In this document: positions 8,781 through 17,545 of the stretch, piece after piece
Numbering within the stretch: position 1 is the first letter of the stretch
How the letters are laid out: each line of letters starts with the position of its first letter
Assembly: GCA_019416065.1 (NCBI GenBank)
Contig: DXYB01000003.1
Span: 644-64,643 of the forward strand
Origin: Acidaminococcus sp.
Lineage (GTDB): Bacteria > Bacillota > Negativicutes > Acidaminococcales > Acidaminococcaceae
DNA: 64,000 bases
Reading direction: 5' to 3'
Notes under the pieces: generated by a model
Told to the model about the DNA's origin: nothing
What the model saw: only the letters and a program-made list of their open reading frames with translations
Database searches by the model: none
Made by a program: the position numbers and the translations under genes

Positions 8781-9743
8781 CTAGCCATTCACTGCATCAT
8801 GCAGTACCTTGCCTATATCCTCCTGGATGCATAAGCTCCGGTCTACGATGGTTTCAGTGCAAAGAGCGTCCTTGGCATTGATACACACATAAAATGCTCT
8901 AGGATTCTCTGCTACGCTTTGCCAAAAATTATATTTAATAATGCTGGGCGTATTCCAACCCACGCCCAGTTCCAGGTAGAGGGTCTTCGTCCCCCGGTTC
9001 CGCTCCATAAAGGTATCATACCGTCTGGCCGCTGCCTTCCATCCCTCATCCTCTACAAATTGATCATCGCTGCGGAGATTCACAGTCATGGCAGCATTTT
9101 TCTCATCCGGGCAGAAGGGAACCAGTTCCGTGGGGATGGTCATTTTTAGTTTTTCAGCAGGTGGCATTTGCAGCGTGTTATCTTTTTTGATGGTAATGCC
9201 TTCTGCTTCCAGCATACTGCGAATAATCGGCTCATTGTCATAGGTTTTATGCTTTGCCACAGAACCCCAGGAAAAATGGCTACTCTGCAATAAGCCGTAA
9301 TCTCCTTGCGTATAGAAAAGCCGCTCTTTGTCAAATCCCATCCGTTGAAAGCAGTGATCCACATTTGTGGTCAGCACAAAATACCCTTTATCTTTAAGAA
9401 GTGCTTTTAAATTCTGGAAGACCGCAGGCTTAGGAATGGGCGCATAGCGATTGATCCAGATATTTCGGCACCAGAATCCCCAGAAGGCTTCTTTTGTAGG
9501 AAAAGGATAAAACCCTCCTGTATACATATCCTGAAAATGATAGCGCTGCTCAAAATCATAAAAATACTTTTGGAAACGCTCTCCCGTATACACATACCCG
9601 GCAGACGTGGATAGTCCACTGCCTGCTCCCACCAGAATCGCATCCGCTTTGGCGATCTCTTTTTTTAATATATGCAGTTGTTCTCCGTAGGAATAGGCAC
9701 GCCCTGCAACACCACACTCCAGAGAACTAGAAAAATAGGCCAT
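8781..9743 (-). CDS. Sirtuin (SIR2) family protein, atypical (no HG motif, no zinc ribbon)
   Basis: NAD-binding motifs ILVGAGSGLSTSAGY and VLTTNVDHCF. The expected catalytic His-Gly position reads YTQGDYG. No CxxC pairs. GGGAGGGAG RBS. Confidence 0.75.
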   Translation of the reverse strand: MAYFSSSLECGVAGRAYSYGEQLHILKKEIAKADAILVGAGSGLSTSAGYVYTGERFQKYFYDFEQRYHFQDMYTGGFYPFPTKEAFWGFWCRNIWINRYAPIPKPAVFQNLKALLKDKGYFVLTTNVDHCFQRMGFDKERLFYTQGDYGLLQSSHFSWGSVAKHKTYDNEPIIRSMLEAEGITIKKDNTLQMPPAEKLKMTIPTELVPFCPDEKNAAMTVNLRSDDQFVEDEGWKAAARRYDTFMERNRGTKTLYLELGVGWNTPSIIKYNFWQSVAENPRAFYVCINAKDALCTETIVDRSLCIQEDIGKVLHDAVNG

Positions 9744-9806
9744 AGGCTCCCTCCCATTAATTTAGAATAATCTTTTGGTAGAGTATAAGATGCTTAAAAT
9801 TCAATG

Positions 9807-9842
9807 CGCCGCATTAGTACTTACTTATGTACCAATACGGCG
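9807..9842 (-). terminator. Stem-loop terminator downstream of tmRNA (possibly bidirectional)
   Basis: 14-bp stem (9807-9820 / 9829-9842, two G-U pairs on the minus-strand RNA) with an 8-nt loop. U-rich sequence follows on both strands. Confidence 0.5.
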
Positions 9843-9886
9843 TTTTAGTAACTCATATGAAAATCACTTTTTAGGAATAATTTTAA

Positions 9887-10233
9887 TGGTGGAGATGAGG
9901 GGAGTCGAACCCCTGTCCGAAAGCATTGCAATGCAACTTTCTCCGAGCGCAGCCAACATACTTTATTTCAGGGTCCTGCGGCCTATTGGCGGGCTGCAAA
10001 ACACCCTATCCCGTAGAGTTCCCTTAGCGCCCCCGGGAACTGGCACTAAAGTATCCTGCAAGTGTCGTCCTTTCCTCTCCTGCAGGAAGGGAGAAGAAGA
10101 ACGTTAGCATTTAAGCTGCTAAAGCGTAAGAATCGTCTGCGTTTATAACGCGTTTCCACCGTTTAATGGGGTTGGCGGGATCCCAGCTCGCTTATCACAC
10201 CACATCTACCCCCGTCGAAACCGGTACACCCCC
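9887..10233 (-). ncRNA. ssrA: tmRNA (SsrA)
   Basis: 5' GGGGGTGTACCGGTTTCGACGGGG... and 3' ...GGGGTTCGACTCCCCTCATCTCCACCA form a tRNA-Ala-like acceptor with a G3:U70 pair. Internal tag reading frame GCA GAC GAT TCT TAC GCT TTA GCA GCT TAA (10140-10111) encodes ADDSYALAA. Confidence 0.95.
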
Positions 10234-10254
10234 AGAAGTAAATTGGTATTAATT

Positions 10255-10283
10255 ATTATACTCTAATGCCAGTAAAAGTGCAA
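10255..10283 (-). promoter_or_regulatory. Candidate ssrA promoter
   Basis: Minus strand TTGCAC (10283-10278), 17 nt spacer, TATAAT (10260-10255), 21 nt upstream of the mature 5' end. Confidence 0.5.
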
Positions 10284-10303
10284 ACTTCCTAACTTTTACT
10301 GGC
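10268..10303 (-). terminator. Stem-loop at the end of the GT2 operon (no clear U tract)
   Basis: 12-bp stem GCCAGTAAAAGT / ACTTTTACTGGC, 17 nt after the GT2 stop. It overlaps the ssrA -35 region. Confidence 0.4.
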
Positions 10304-10319
10304 ATCAAATACGCAAAAT

Positions 10320-11615
10320 TTATTGCTGCTTATTCTTGGGAAATACAATCTGCTTGGGGCCCATTTCGGCATTTTCCGGCACCAACACGTCACTGTAATT
10401 GATGTTGCGCACGTGAAGGGTATGGCTCCACACATGTTCATGCCGGTGCAAATATCCGGCAAATGTGATAGGCACCCAGCTCCAGACAAACACAGGATAT
10501 ACAATGGTACATAGCCAGGATTTGGGAGCTGCGTGAATCTTAAAAAGGATAATCGCTGGTATCACATACTGGGCCACACCGATAACCTGCCACACCGAAT
10601 AGGGCAATAGTGCATAGAGTACGTTGGTATAAAAGGGCACGTAGGAATAAATAGTGCTGCATAGTAAAAAGAACGTAGATAGCAGCAAGAAATAAGGCTG
10701 AAATAAATCAATCACGCCGTCAAGGATCACAATATCCCGCCGCTTGATTCCCTCTTTCAACAGTTTAAACAAATAGCGCTCTGCCACGTCAAAATGCCCC
10801 TGGGCCCAACGTTTTCGCTGCTTCCAGGACTGCTTAAAGGTAATCACCTTTTCGTCATAAACGATAGCATCCTGGCACCAGGTAGTGGGAATCCCTTCCA
10901 AGAGGCACTGCATGGTAAACTCCATATCTTCTGTCAGGCAGGTAGCACGCCAACCATATTTTTTCAGGATATCCGTGGCAATACACATACCCGTTCCTCC
11001 AAAGACCGAAGACAGGCCAATGGTATATTTAGCCAGATGCCACACATGGTTAACAATCCAGAAGTTCAAAGAAAAGGTTCCACTGACCCAGCTGTCATTG
11101 GGATTTTTAGAATCCAGATACCCCTGGATCAATTTTTCTCCTTTGCAGAAGCGGTTGTTCATTTCTTTTAGAAAATCCAGGTGCACCAGGTTATCCGCAT
11201 CAAAAATACACACTGCATCATACTGCCTTGGCAGGGAAAATAATTTTTTGAACATCCAAGCCAGGGCAAATCCTTTTCCCTGCTCTTGCGGATCCGTGTT
11301 AGTCCGTTCGTACACGGTAGCGCCTTCTTTACTGGCAATAGCGGCGGTTTGGTCCGTGCAATTATCGGCAATCACGAAAATATCGTACAGCTCATCGGGA
11401 TAACGGAGCCGTTTCAGGTTGTTCACCAGTTCCCCTACCACCCGTTCCTCGTTATGGGCAGCCACAATCACCGCAAAAGTGGTTTCCGGCGTCAGGATTT
11501 TGTTTTCCTTCTTTCGAGGCAAAATCCCAAAAAGGGAGATACAAAAATAATAAATGGTAAAGAATACCATCAGGATCTGGAGAGGAATCATGATCAGATC
11601 AAAGTAGGTACTCAT
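10320..11615 (-). CDS. Membrane-bound family 2 glycosyltransferase, processive type
   Basis: N-terminal TM, then GT-A motifs AHNEE, VIADNCTD, IFDADN, LTEDME and QRKRWAQG (QxxRW), then 4-5 C-terminal TM segments. GGAGG RBS. Confidence 0.85.
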   Translation of the reverse strand: MSTYFDLIMIPLQILMVFFTIYYFCISLFGILPRKKENKILTPETTFAVIVAAHNEERVVGELVNNLKRLRYPDELYDIFVIADNCTDQTAAIASKEGATVYERTNTDPQEQGKGFALAWMFKKLFSLPRQYDAVCIFDADNLVHLDFLKEMNNRFCKGEKLIQGYLDSKNPNDSWVSGTFSLNFWIVNHVWHLAKYTIGLSSVFGGTGMCIATDILKKYGWRATCLTEDMEFTMQCLLEGIPTTWCQDAIVYDEKVITFKQSWKQRKRWAQGHFDVAERYLFKLLKEGIKRRDIVILDGVIDLFQPYFLLLSTFFLLCSTIYSYVPFYTNVLYALLPYSVWQVIGVAQYVIPAIILFKIHAAPKSWLCTIVYPVFVWSWVPITFAGYLHRHEHVWSHTLHVRNINYSDVLVPENAEMGPKQIVFPKNKQQ

Positions 11616-11635
11616 AAATCCTGATCCTCCTCTTT

Positions 11636-12322
11636 CTATTTAAATACAGCTTGTCTACCAGTAAATCTCACATACACTGCATTAAGGACACCACACATTG
11701 TATAGGTAAACATGATCACAAACGGCCAAGCGCCAGGCTGATACCAAAGTACTAGCGCCCCTAAAATAAAAGCAAGAAACACCGGAACACGGAACAAGGG
11801 ATTCCCATGCCCCTTAAAATCCGGATAGCGCACCTCACTGTACATGAGTTTCGCTACTAAAAGCGTCAAAAGAGCAACTAAAAATGGACTCACCTGCAGT
11901 CCACCCAACACAAAGGTAGCGATTACGCAGGCTCCAGCCGGTGCCGGCATCCCCTCAAAATAGCCATGGATAGCGCTGACATTCACATTAAACCGAGCTA
12001 AGCGCATAGCTGCACCAAAAGCAAAAAGTCCAGCAATAATCTGTCCCCAAATTCCGTAGGCAGACAACCCATAGCAATAAATCAAAACCGCTGGTGCCAT
12101 ACCAAAGGAACAAACATCGCACAAGCTGTCCATCTCTACCCCGAACGGCCCGCTGACGCCAAGAGCCCGGGCAGCACGCCCGTCACAGGAATCTGCAAGA
12201 ATGGCAAATATGATACATAACGGCGCCCAGAAAAATTCTTGTTCCATGGACAAAAAAATAGACATAAGCCCAAATAGCTGGCTAAGGCCGCTAATACTGT
12301 TTGGAACGATACGTTTATTCAT
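11636..12322 (-). CDS. pssA: CDP-diacylglycerol--serine O-phosphatidyltransferase
   Basis: CDP-alcohol phosphatidyltransferase motif DSCDGRAARALGVSGPFGVEMDSLCD. The ATGA start/stop overlap with psd supports assignment as PssA. Confidence 0.85.
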   Translation of the reverse strand: MNKRIVPNSISGLSQLFGLMSIFLSMEQEFFWAPLCIIFAILADSCDGRAARALGVSGPFGVEMDSLCDVCSFGMAPAVLIYCYGLSAYGIWGQIIAGLFAFGAAMRLARFNVNVSAIHGYFEGMPAPAGACVIATFVLGGLQVSPFLVALLTLLVAKLMYSEVRYPDFKGHGNPLFRVPVFLAFILGALVLWYQPGAWPFVIMFTYTMCGVLNAVYVRFTGRQAVFK

Positions 12323-12960
12323 TGTACGCTTTGCCTCCCAATGGGCGTTATGCCGCCTTTTACTTTATCACCTTTGTGTACCAGGATTTCTACATTCCGT
12401 GGCATGACGAGTTCCGCACAAGAACCAAACTTAATCATCCCGTAACGATCTCCCTGGCGCACGCTATTGCCCAAGCTGATCCAGGAAACAATTCTACGTG
12501 CCAAGATACCTGCAATCACAATGACCAAAATCCGGTTTTTACCATTATCAATACCTACAGCCATCCGCTCGTTGCGAATGGGTGCCGATTCCTTGTAGGC
12601 CGGTTCATAGCCACCGGATGTATACCGCATGTATTTAATCGTACCCGTCATAGGGATTCGATTCGTATGAATGTTAAAAATGGAAAGAAACATGGTCACC
12701 TTGACGGCTGGTTCGTTGAGGAACTCTTTATCATAGAAATCCTCCACACTGACCACAGTAGCATCGGCAGGTGAATACAAAAGGCTGGGATCTTGGGGCA
12801 TCTCCTGCACCCGGTCCCGAAAGAAAAACATAAAATAACAGGCTAGCACAAAGGGGATCACGGCATACACCGCACCGGCTAAAGCGTAAACCAGTAATGT
12901 GATGAGAAGTGTACTGCCTATTAAGGGATATCCATCCTTTACGATCGTGTATTTTGTCAC
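12319..12960 (-). CDS. psd: Phosphatidylserine decarboxylase proenzyme (short type)
   Basis: 213 aa, N-terminal TM. C-terminal GDRYGMIKFGSCAEL contains the G-S self-cleavage site. GTG start 6 nt after GGAGGTG. Confidence 0.85.
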   Translation of the reverse strand: MTKYTIVKDGYPLIGSTLLITLLVYALAGAVYAVIPFVLACYFMFFFRDRVQEMPQDPSLLYSPADATVVSVEDFYDKEFLNEPAVKVTMFLSIFNIHTNRIPMTGTIKYMRYTSGGYEPAYKESAPIRNERMAVGIDNGKNRILVIVIAGILARRIVSWISLGNSVRQGDRYGMIKFGSCAELVMPRNVEILVHKGDKVKGGITPIGRQSVQ

Positions 12961-13029
12961 GCCTTCACCTCCACCACCATTTGATTATACCTTATCTGCC
13001 TGTCTTTGTCCAAAAAAAAGAAGGAAAAA

Positions 13030-13770
13030 TCACGAATTTCGTGCCAATAACACCTTCAGCATAAACTGGGGGATGGCCATCATCCGTCCCAACCTGCTAG
13101 GTTGTTTATACAGCCGATACAGCCATTCCAGGGAAGCTTTCTGCATCCACTGGGGCGCCCGCTGTACTTTTCCAGCCAGGACGTCAAAACTTCCGCCTAA
13201 CCCAATACGTAGCGGCGGCACCAGCTCATCCCTGTATTTATGCAGCCAAAATTCCTGCTTAGGGGCACCCAGTGCGGTAAAAAGTACCTGTGCCCCACTG
13301 CCATTGATTTGCTGCACAATTGCTTTTTCTTGTTCTTCCTGGAAATATCCATTACGAGTCCCCACGATTTTAACTCCGGGATACATTACTTCTGCCTTAG
13401 CCTTGGCCGCCTCTCCGATACCAGGAGCTGCTCCGAAAAAGAAAAGTTTGGTACCATGCTGGGCACTATATTGCAGTAGTTGTAAAAAAAGGTCATAGCC
13501 CGCCACTCGTTCCGGTACCTGATAGCCCAGTTGGCGGCCAGCCCAAACGGCGCCAGCTCCATCCGGCAGCACTAGATCCACTTCCTGAAGCAATTTTTTA
13601 TAATCCGGCTGTCTTTGACAAAGCATGATAATCTCTGCATTGGCTGTAACCACCTGTGTGATTTCTTTTTGCTCAGTACGCATCATCACCCAGGACACTG
13701 CTTCTTGCATTGTAAAGGGAGTCACGGGCACCCCCAGGATATTCATAATCGGTTTTTGCGCCGTATCCAT
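13030..13770 (-). CDS. WecB/TagA/CpsF family glycosyltransferase
   Basis: Family pattern ILGVPV...VVTANAEI...LVLPDGAGAVWA...LGAPKQEFW...GLGGSFDVLAGKVQRAP.WM.....EWLYRL. AAAGGAGG RBS. Confidence 0.85.
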   Translation of the reverse strand: MDTAQKPIMNILGVPVTPFTMQEAVSWVMMRTEQKEITQVVTANAEIIMLCQRQPDYKKLLQEVDLVLPDGAGAVWAGRQLGYQVPERVAGYDLFLQLLQYSAQHGTKLFFFGAAPGIGEAAKAKAEVMYPGVKIVGTRNGYFQEEQEKAIVQQINGSGAQVLFTALGAPKQEFWLHKYRDELVPPLRIGLGGSFDVLAGKVQRAPQWMQKASLEWLYRLYKQPSRLGRMMAIPQFMLKVLLARNS

Positions 13771-13782
13771 AGAATGCCTCCT

Positions 13783-15393
13783 TTAAATTGCTCTGGCTTC
13801 CGAAGGTACTTCAGTGAAATGGATGCCCGGATTGCGTTCCAATATCCAGTTCAGGTTCCACTCATTGGCTACCAAAATGACTGGGCGACTTTGACCATCA
13901 TAGACCAGCATGCTATTGTCCAGTCCCTTCATATTCCGGATCGCTTCCGCATCCTCGGCATACACCCAACGGGCCACCGTATACGGGAGAGTATCCATCA
14001 GTAGTTTTGCATTGTATTCGTTTAACAGCCGGTATTCCAGCACTTCCAGTTGTAATTGCCCGACTACACCCACCACAAAGCTTTCCATCCCGATATGTTT
14101 TTGTTTAAACACCTGGATGGCGCCCTCCTGGGCCAATTGGATAATCCCCTTTTCAAACTGTTTCCGTTTCATGGAATCCTTGGGTTGCACCTTGGCAAAA
14201 ATTTCCGGTGGGAAAATGGGGAAATCTTCAAATTGAATGGCTGGTTTTTGGTTACAAAGCGTATCTCCGATGGTAAAAATCCCTGGATCAAATATACCGA
14301 TAATATCACCCGGATAGGCCTTTTCCACACTGGTGCGCTCCTGTGCCAAAAATTGCTGGGGCTGGGATAGTTTGACCGGTTTATTCCCCTGTACGTGCCA
14401 CACGGTCATTCCCTTTTCAAAAACGCCAGAGCAGATCCGCATAAAAGAAATCCTGTCTCGGTGTGCCGGGTTCATATTGGCCTGAATTTTAAAGATAAAC
14501 GCAGAAAAATCCGGGTCCTCAGGATGAATCAACGCACCATCCTTTAATTTACGAGGTTGTGGCTGAGGGGACAGTTCCAGAAATTTTTCTAAAAAGCTGC
14601 GCACCCCAAAATTGGTCATAGCAGACCCAAAGAACATCGGTGTCAGTTCTCCACGCAGCATCCGTTCCAGATCAAATTCATCCCCAGCAAGATCTAGCAG
14701 TTCAATATCTTCTTTTAGATGTGCCAGATTCTCTTCTCCAACGGCTTCTCGGATCACAGGATCTTCCAAGCTTCCCGTGGTACTTTTTAAGATTTTGGAA
14801 CCATGACTGCTGTCGTTATCAAACAGTTCCACCTGATCTTTCAGACGATCGTAGACGCCGATATAGTGCCCATCCACTCCAATAGGCCAATTGATAGGAT
14901 AGGCATTGATATGCAGCACCTTTTCAATTTCGTCCATAAGATCCATAGGCGCCCGGCCGTAACGGTCCAATTTGTTCACGAACGTAAAAATCGGCAATTT
15001 CCGCCGGTGACAAACCCAGAACAATTTCTTTGTCTGGGGCTCCACCCCTTTGGCGGCATCGATCAGCATTACTGCGCTGTCGGCCGCAATCAGCGTCCGG
15101 TACGTATCCTCACTAAAATCCTGGTGCCCCGGGGTATCCAGGATATTCACCCGGTAACCTTCATAATCAAATTGCAGTACAGAACTCGTAACGGAAATCC
15201 CTCTTTGTTTTTCAATTTCCATCCAGTCACTCACTGCATGCCGGTTGGCTTTCCGGGCCTTAACGGAGCCTGCCAGATAAATAGCACCTCCGTAGAGTAA
15301 TAGTTTTTCCGTCAGTGTGGTTTTACCGGCATCCGGATGAGAAATAATGGCAAAAGTCCTTCTCTTTTGGATTTTTTCTTCCAGCTCTGTCAT
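13783..15393 (-). CDS. prfC: Peptide chain release factor 3
   Basis: RRTFAIISHPDAGKTTLTEKLLLYGGAI, DTPGHQDF, NKLDR GTPase motifs. 536 aa. Confidence 0.95.
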   Translation of the reverse strand: MTELEEKIQKRRTFAIISHPDAGKTTLTEKLLLYGGAIYLAGSVKARKANRHAVSDWMEIEKQRGISVTSSVLQFDYEGYRVNILDTPGHQDFSEDTYRTLIAADSAVMLIDAAKGVEPQTKKLFWVCHRRKLPIFTFVNKLDRYGRAPMDLMDEIEKVLHINAYPINWPIGVDGHYIGVYDRLKDQVELFDNDSSHGSKILKSTTGSLEDPVIREAVGEENLAHLKEDIELLDLAGDEFDLERMLRGELTPMFFGSAMTNFGVRSFLEKFLELSPQPQPRKLKDGALIHPEDPDFSAFIFKIQANMNPAHRDRISFMRICSGVFEKGMTVWHVQGNKPVKLSQPQQFLAQERTSVEKAYPGDIIGIFDPGIFTIGDTLCNQKPAIQFEDFPIFPPEIFAKVQPKDSMKRKQFEKGIIQLAQEGAIQVFKQKHIGMESFVVGVVGQLQLEVLEYRLLNEYNAKLLMDTLPYTVARWVYAEDAEAIRNMKGLDNSMLVYDGQSRPVILVANEWNLNWILERNPGIHFTEVPSEARAI

Positions 15394-15460
15394 GCTGCTG
15401 TTCCTCCCATATCTGGTTTTTCCAGATGAAATCCCTTGGTATTATAGCATTTTTGGCATG

Positions 15461-15490
15461 AAAAAACGCCACAAAGCAAACTTTGCGGCG
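15461..15490 (-). terminator. Rho-independent terminator downstream of tRNA-Pro
   Basis: Minus strand CGCCGCAAAG-TTTG-CTTTGTGGCG hairpin, followed by UUUUUU (15466-15461). Confidence 0.7.
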
Positions 15491-15506
15491 TTTTATTTCA
15501 AGAAAA

Positions 15507-15583
15507 TGGTCGGAGCGGCGAGATTCGAACTCACGACCTCTTCCACCCCAAGGAAGCGCGCTACCAAACTGCGCCACGCCCCG
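15507..15583 (-). tRNA. tRNA-Pro (anticodon GGG), CCA encoded
   Basis: Reverse complement CGGGGCGTGGCGCAGTTTGGTAGCGCGCTTCCTTGGGGTGGAAGAGGTCGTGAGTTCGAATCTCGCCGCTCCGACCA. Anticodon stem CTTCC/GGAAG with loop TTGGGGT. Confidence 0.95.
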
Positions 15584-15686
15584 AACACAAGCACCATTAT
15601 AGAATAGATTGGGCAAATCGTCAAGAGGTCCAAGAAAATTTTTCCAGAACCCATACATGAGAGAGTAAATACAACCTACTATATGT

Positions 15687-16484
15687 TTATCTCAGCAGAC
15701 TATGGTAAATTTGCTGATCCACCTCTTTAAATACGGTAAAAACAACTTTCATCTGGCTTTTGGTTTTCGTAAGCCAATCCAGCACGGTCTTAACAGCAAT
15801 TTCCGCAGCTCTTTTGTTGGGGAACATAAAAACGCCGGTAGAAATGCAGCAAAAAGCAATACTTGCTACGTTCGTAGCAGCTGCCAGGTCAAGGCAAGAG
15901 CGGTAACAAGAAGCAAGGAGTGTTTCTTCTCTTGCCGTAAGACGTCCTGTTACAATGGGGCCTACGGTATGGAGTATATACCGAGCCGGGAGATTGTATC
16001 CAGGTGTAATTTTTGCCGTACCGGTTACTTCTTCGTGGCCTTGGCGTTCCATAATTTCCAGGCACTTTTCCCTAAGTTCTACGCCAGCCATGGTGTGGAT
16101 ACAATTATCTATGCAATTGTGAAGAGGCCTAAAGCAGCCTAAGAGCCCGCTATTGGCCGCATTGACAATGGCATCCACTTGCAGTCTTGTAATATCCCCC
16201 TGCCACAAAATAAGCCGATTGTCCAGGGAACTAGGTACAAGAGCATTACCATTTACCACGCCTTTTTCGGCAGTAATACTTTGCAGCACCTCTTTTTCAA
16301 CGGAATAAAATGTCGCCGGGAGCTGGTGACTCCCCCGCGGCATCCGCACATTACATAGTGCACGAAAAAGGGTAAAAGCTTTTTCACTGTCTTGGGGCAG
16401 TGTTTCTCCAGCATATTCCGGCATTTCTTTTTGCAGGCATCTAATCAAATAGCCTAGCTGTTCCAGACGCTTTTTCTCTGTCAT
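15687..16484 (-). CDS. Macro-domain protein (probable protein ADP-ribose hydrolase) with N-terminal extension
   Basis: Macro motifs VDAIVNAANSGLLGC, GTAKITPGYNLPARYILHTVGP, IAFCCISTGVF. Start taken at ATG 16484 (MTEKKRLEQL) behind AAGGAG, not the track start 16595. Confidence 0.85.
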   Translation of the reverse strand: MTEKKRLEQLGYLIRCLQKEMPEYAGETLPQDSEKAFTLFRALCNVRMPRGSHQLPATFYSVEKEVLQSITAEKGVVNGNALVPSSLDNRLILWQGDITRLQVDAIVNAANSGLLGCFRPLHNCIDNCIHTMAGVELREKCLEIMERQGHEEVTGTAKITPGYNLPARYILHTVGPIVTGRLTAREETLLASCYRSCLDLAAATNVASIAFCCISTGVFMFPNKRAAEIAVKTVLDWLTKTKSQMKVVFTVFKEVDQQIYHSLLR

Positions 16485-16528
16485 CTGATCTCCTTTTGGC
16501 TCACTTTTTATAAAGTAGTATGGCAAGC

Positions 16529-17545
16529 TTAGCGGATTAAGTCCTGCATGGTGGCAAAAAAAGTAAGACTCAAAATGCAGGCGATCCCCACCCACTGGAT
16601 AGCTAGCTTAGCCTTAGGTGGCAGGGCATGGCCGATCATTCCTTCCAGAAGCAACACCAAAAATTGACCACCATCTAAGGCCGGAATCGGTAATAGATTC
16701 AATACAGCTAAATTAAGGCTCAAAAATGCCATAAATCCCAGATACGGCACGGCGCCCTGGCTTGCTACGTCACCCGCCATTTGGGCTACACCAATGGGGC
16801 CGGAAAGTTCTGCCGGAGCCTTGCGGGTAATAATGAGCTTAAGACCCTGGAGCATTCCTGCTGTTATTCGTTCAATAGAAAGGGCTGAAGCTTTTACACT
16901 TTGCATTAGTGTAAGATCCTGATGTTCCATTGGGGGACGGATGCCAAGCAAGAGACGCTTGGTTTCCTTTTCCCGTTTGGGGGAAATAGAAAACGTATAG
17001 GGTTTGCCGTCACGCTCTACAATCAGAGAAGACGCGGCTTCTCCGCGTGCCCCTATGGTTTCCCCAATATCCGTCCATTTAACCATGGTTTTGCCATTGA
17101 TGGATACAATCCTGTCACCTGGCTTAAGTCCTGCCTGGGCCGCCGGATAGTCTGCCATGAGAGAGCCTGCCACAGGAGTATCCAACGGGCGATCCACGCC
17201 GCTAATGGCAAAAAGCAGGAAAAAAATCAAAAAGGGTAATACAAAATTCATAAAGGGACCGGCTAGGATCACCAGCATCCGAGACAGTAACGGTTTATTG
17301 TTAAAGCCCCTGGGGCCGCACTCCTCACCTGGCTCCATACCGGCAATCTTGTTATACCCGCCCAAAGGGAAAAGGCGCAAGGAATACAGCGTATCCCCTT
17401 GTTTTTTCTGGACCAGCAGGGGACCAAATCCAATGGCAAATTCATCCACCTGCATTCCGGTAGCTTTGGCCATAAGAAAGTGCCCCAATTCATGGACGGT
17501 AATCAACACGCCGAAAAGAAGTAGCCCGGCAATTACAGTCAGCAC
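16529..17545 (-). CDS. rseP: RIP zinc metalloprotease RseP (site-2 protease)
   Basis: HELGHF zinc motif at the N-terminus, central PDZ-like region, C-terminal LNLLPIPALDGG. GTG start overlaps the dxr stop. Confidence 0.95.
   Translation of the reverse strand: MLTVIAGLLLFGVLITVHELGHFLMAKATGMQVDEFAIGFGPLLVQKKQGDTLYSLRLFPLGGYNKIAGMEPGEECGPRGFNNKPLLSRMLVILAGPFMNFVLPFLIFFLLFAISGVDRPLDTPVAGSLMADYPAAQAGLKPGDRIVSINGKTMVKWTDIGETIGARGEAASSLIVERDGKPYTFSISPKREKETKRLLLGIRPPMEHQDLTLMQSVKASALSIERITAGMLQGLKLIITRKAPAELSGPIGVAQMAGDVASQGAVPYLGFMAFLSLNLAVLNLLPIPALDGGQFLVLLLEGMIGHALPPKAKLAIQWVGIACILSLTFFATMQDLIR

Noticed and set aside
8596-9886. Possible genomic island integrated at the 3' end of ssrA (the sirtuin as cargo)
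   Set aside because: I looked by eye for a direct repeat of the tmRNA 3' end (GGGGTTCGACTCCCC...CCACCA or its complement) between 8596 and 9886 and found none. There is no integrase, and the composition is not visibly different. The sirtuin is still reported on its own merits.
9775-10107. 110-aa plus-strand ORF
   Set aside because: It overlaps the tmRNA gene on the opposite strand. The region is explained by ssrA.
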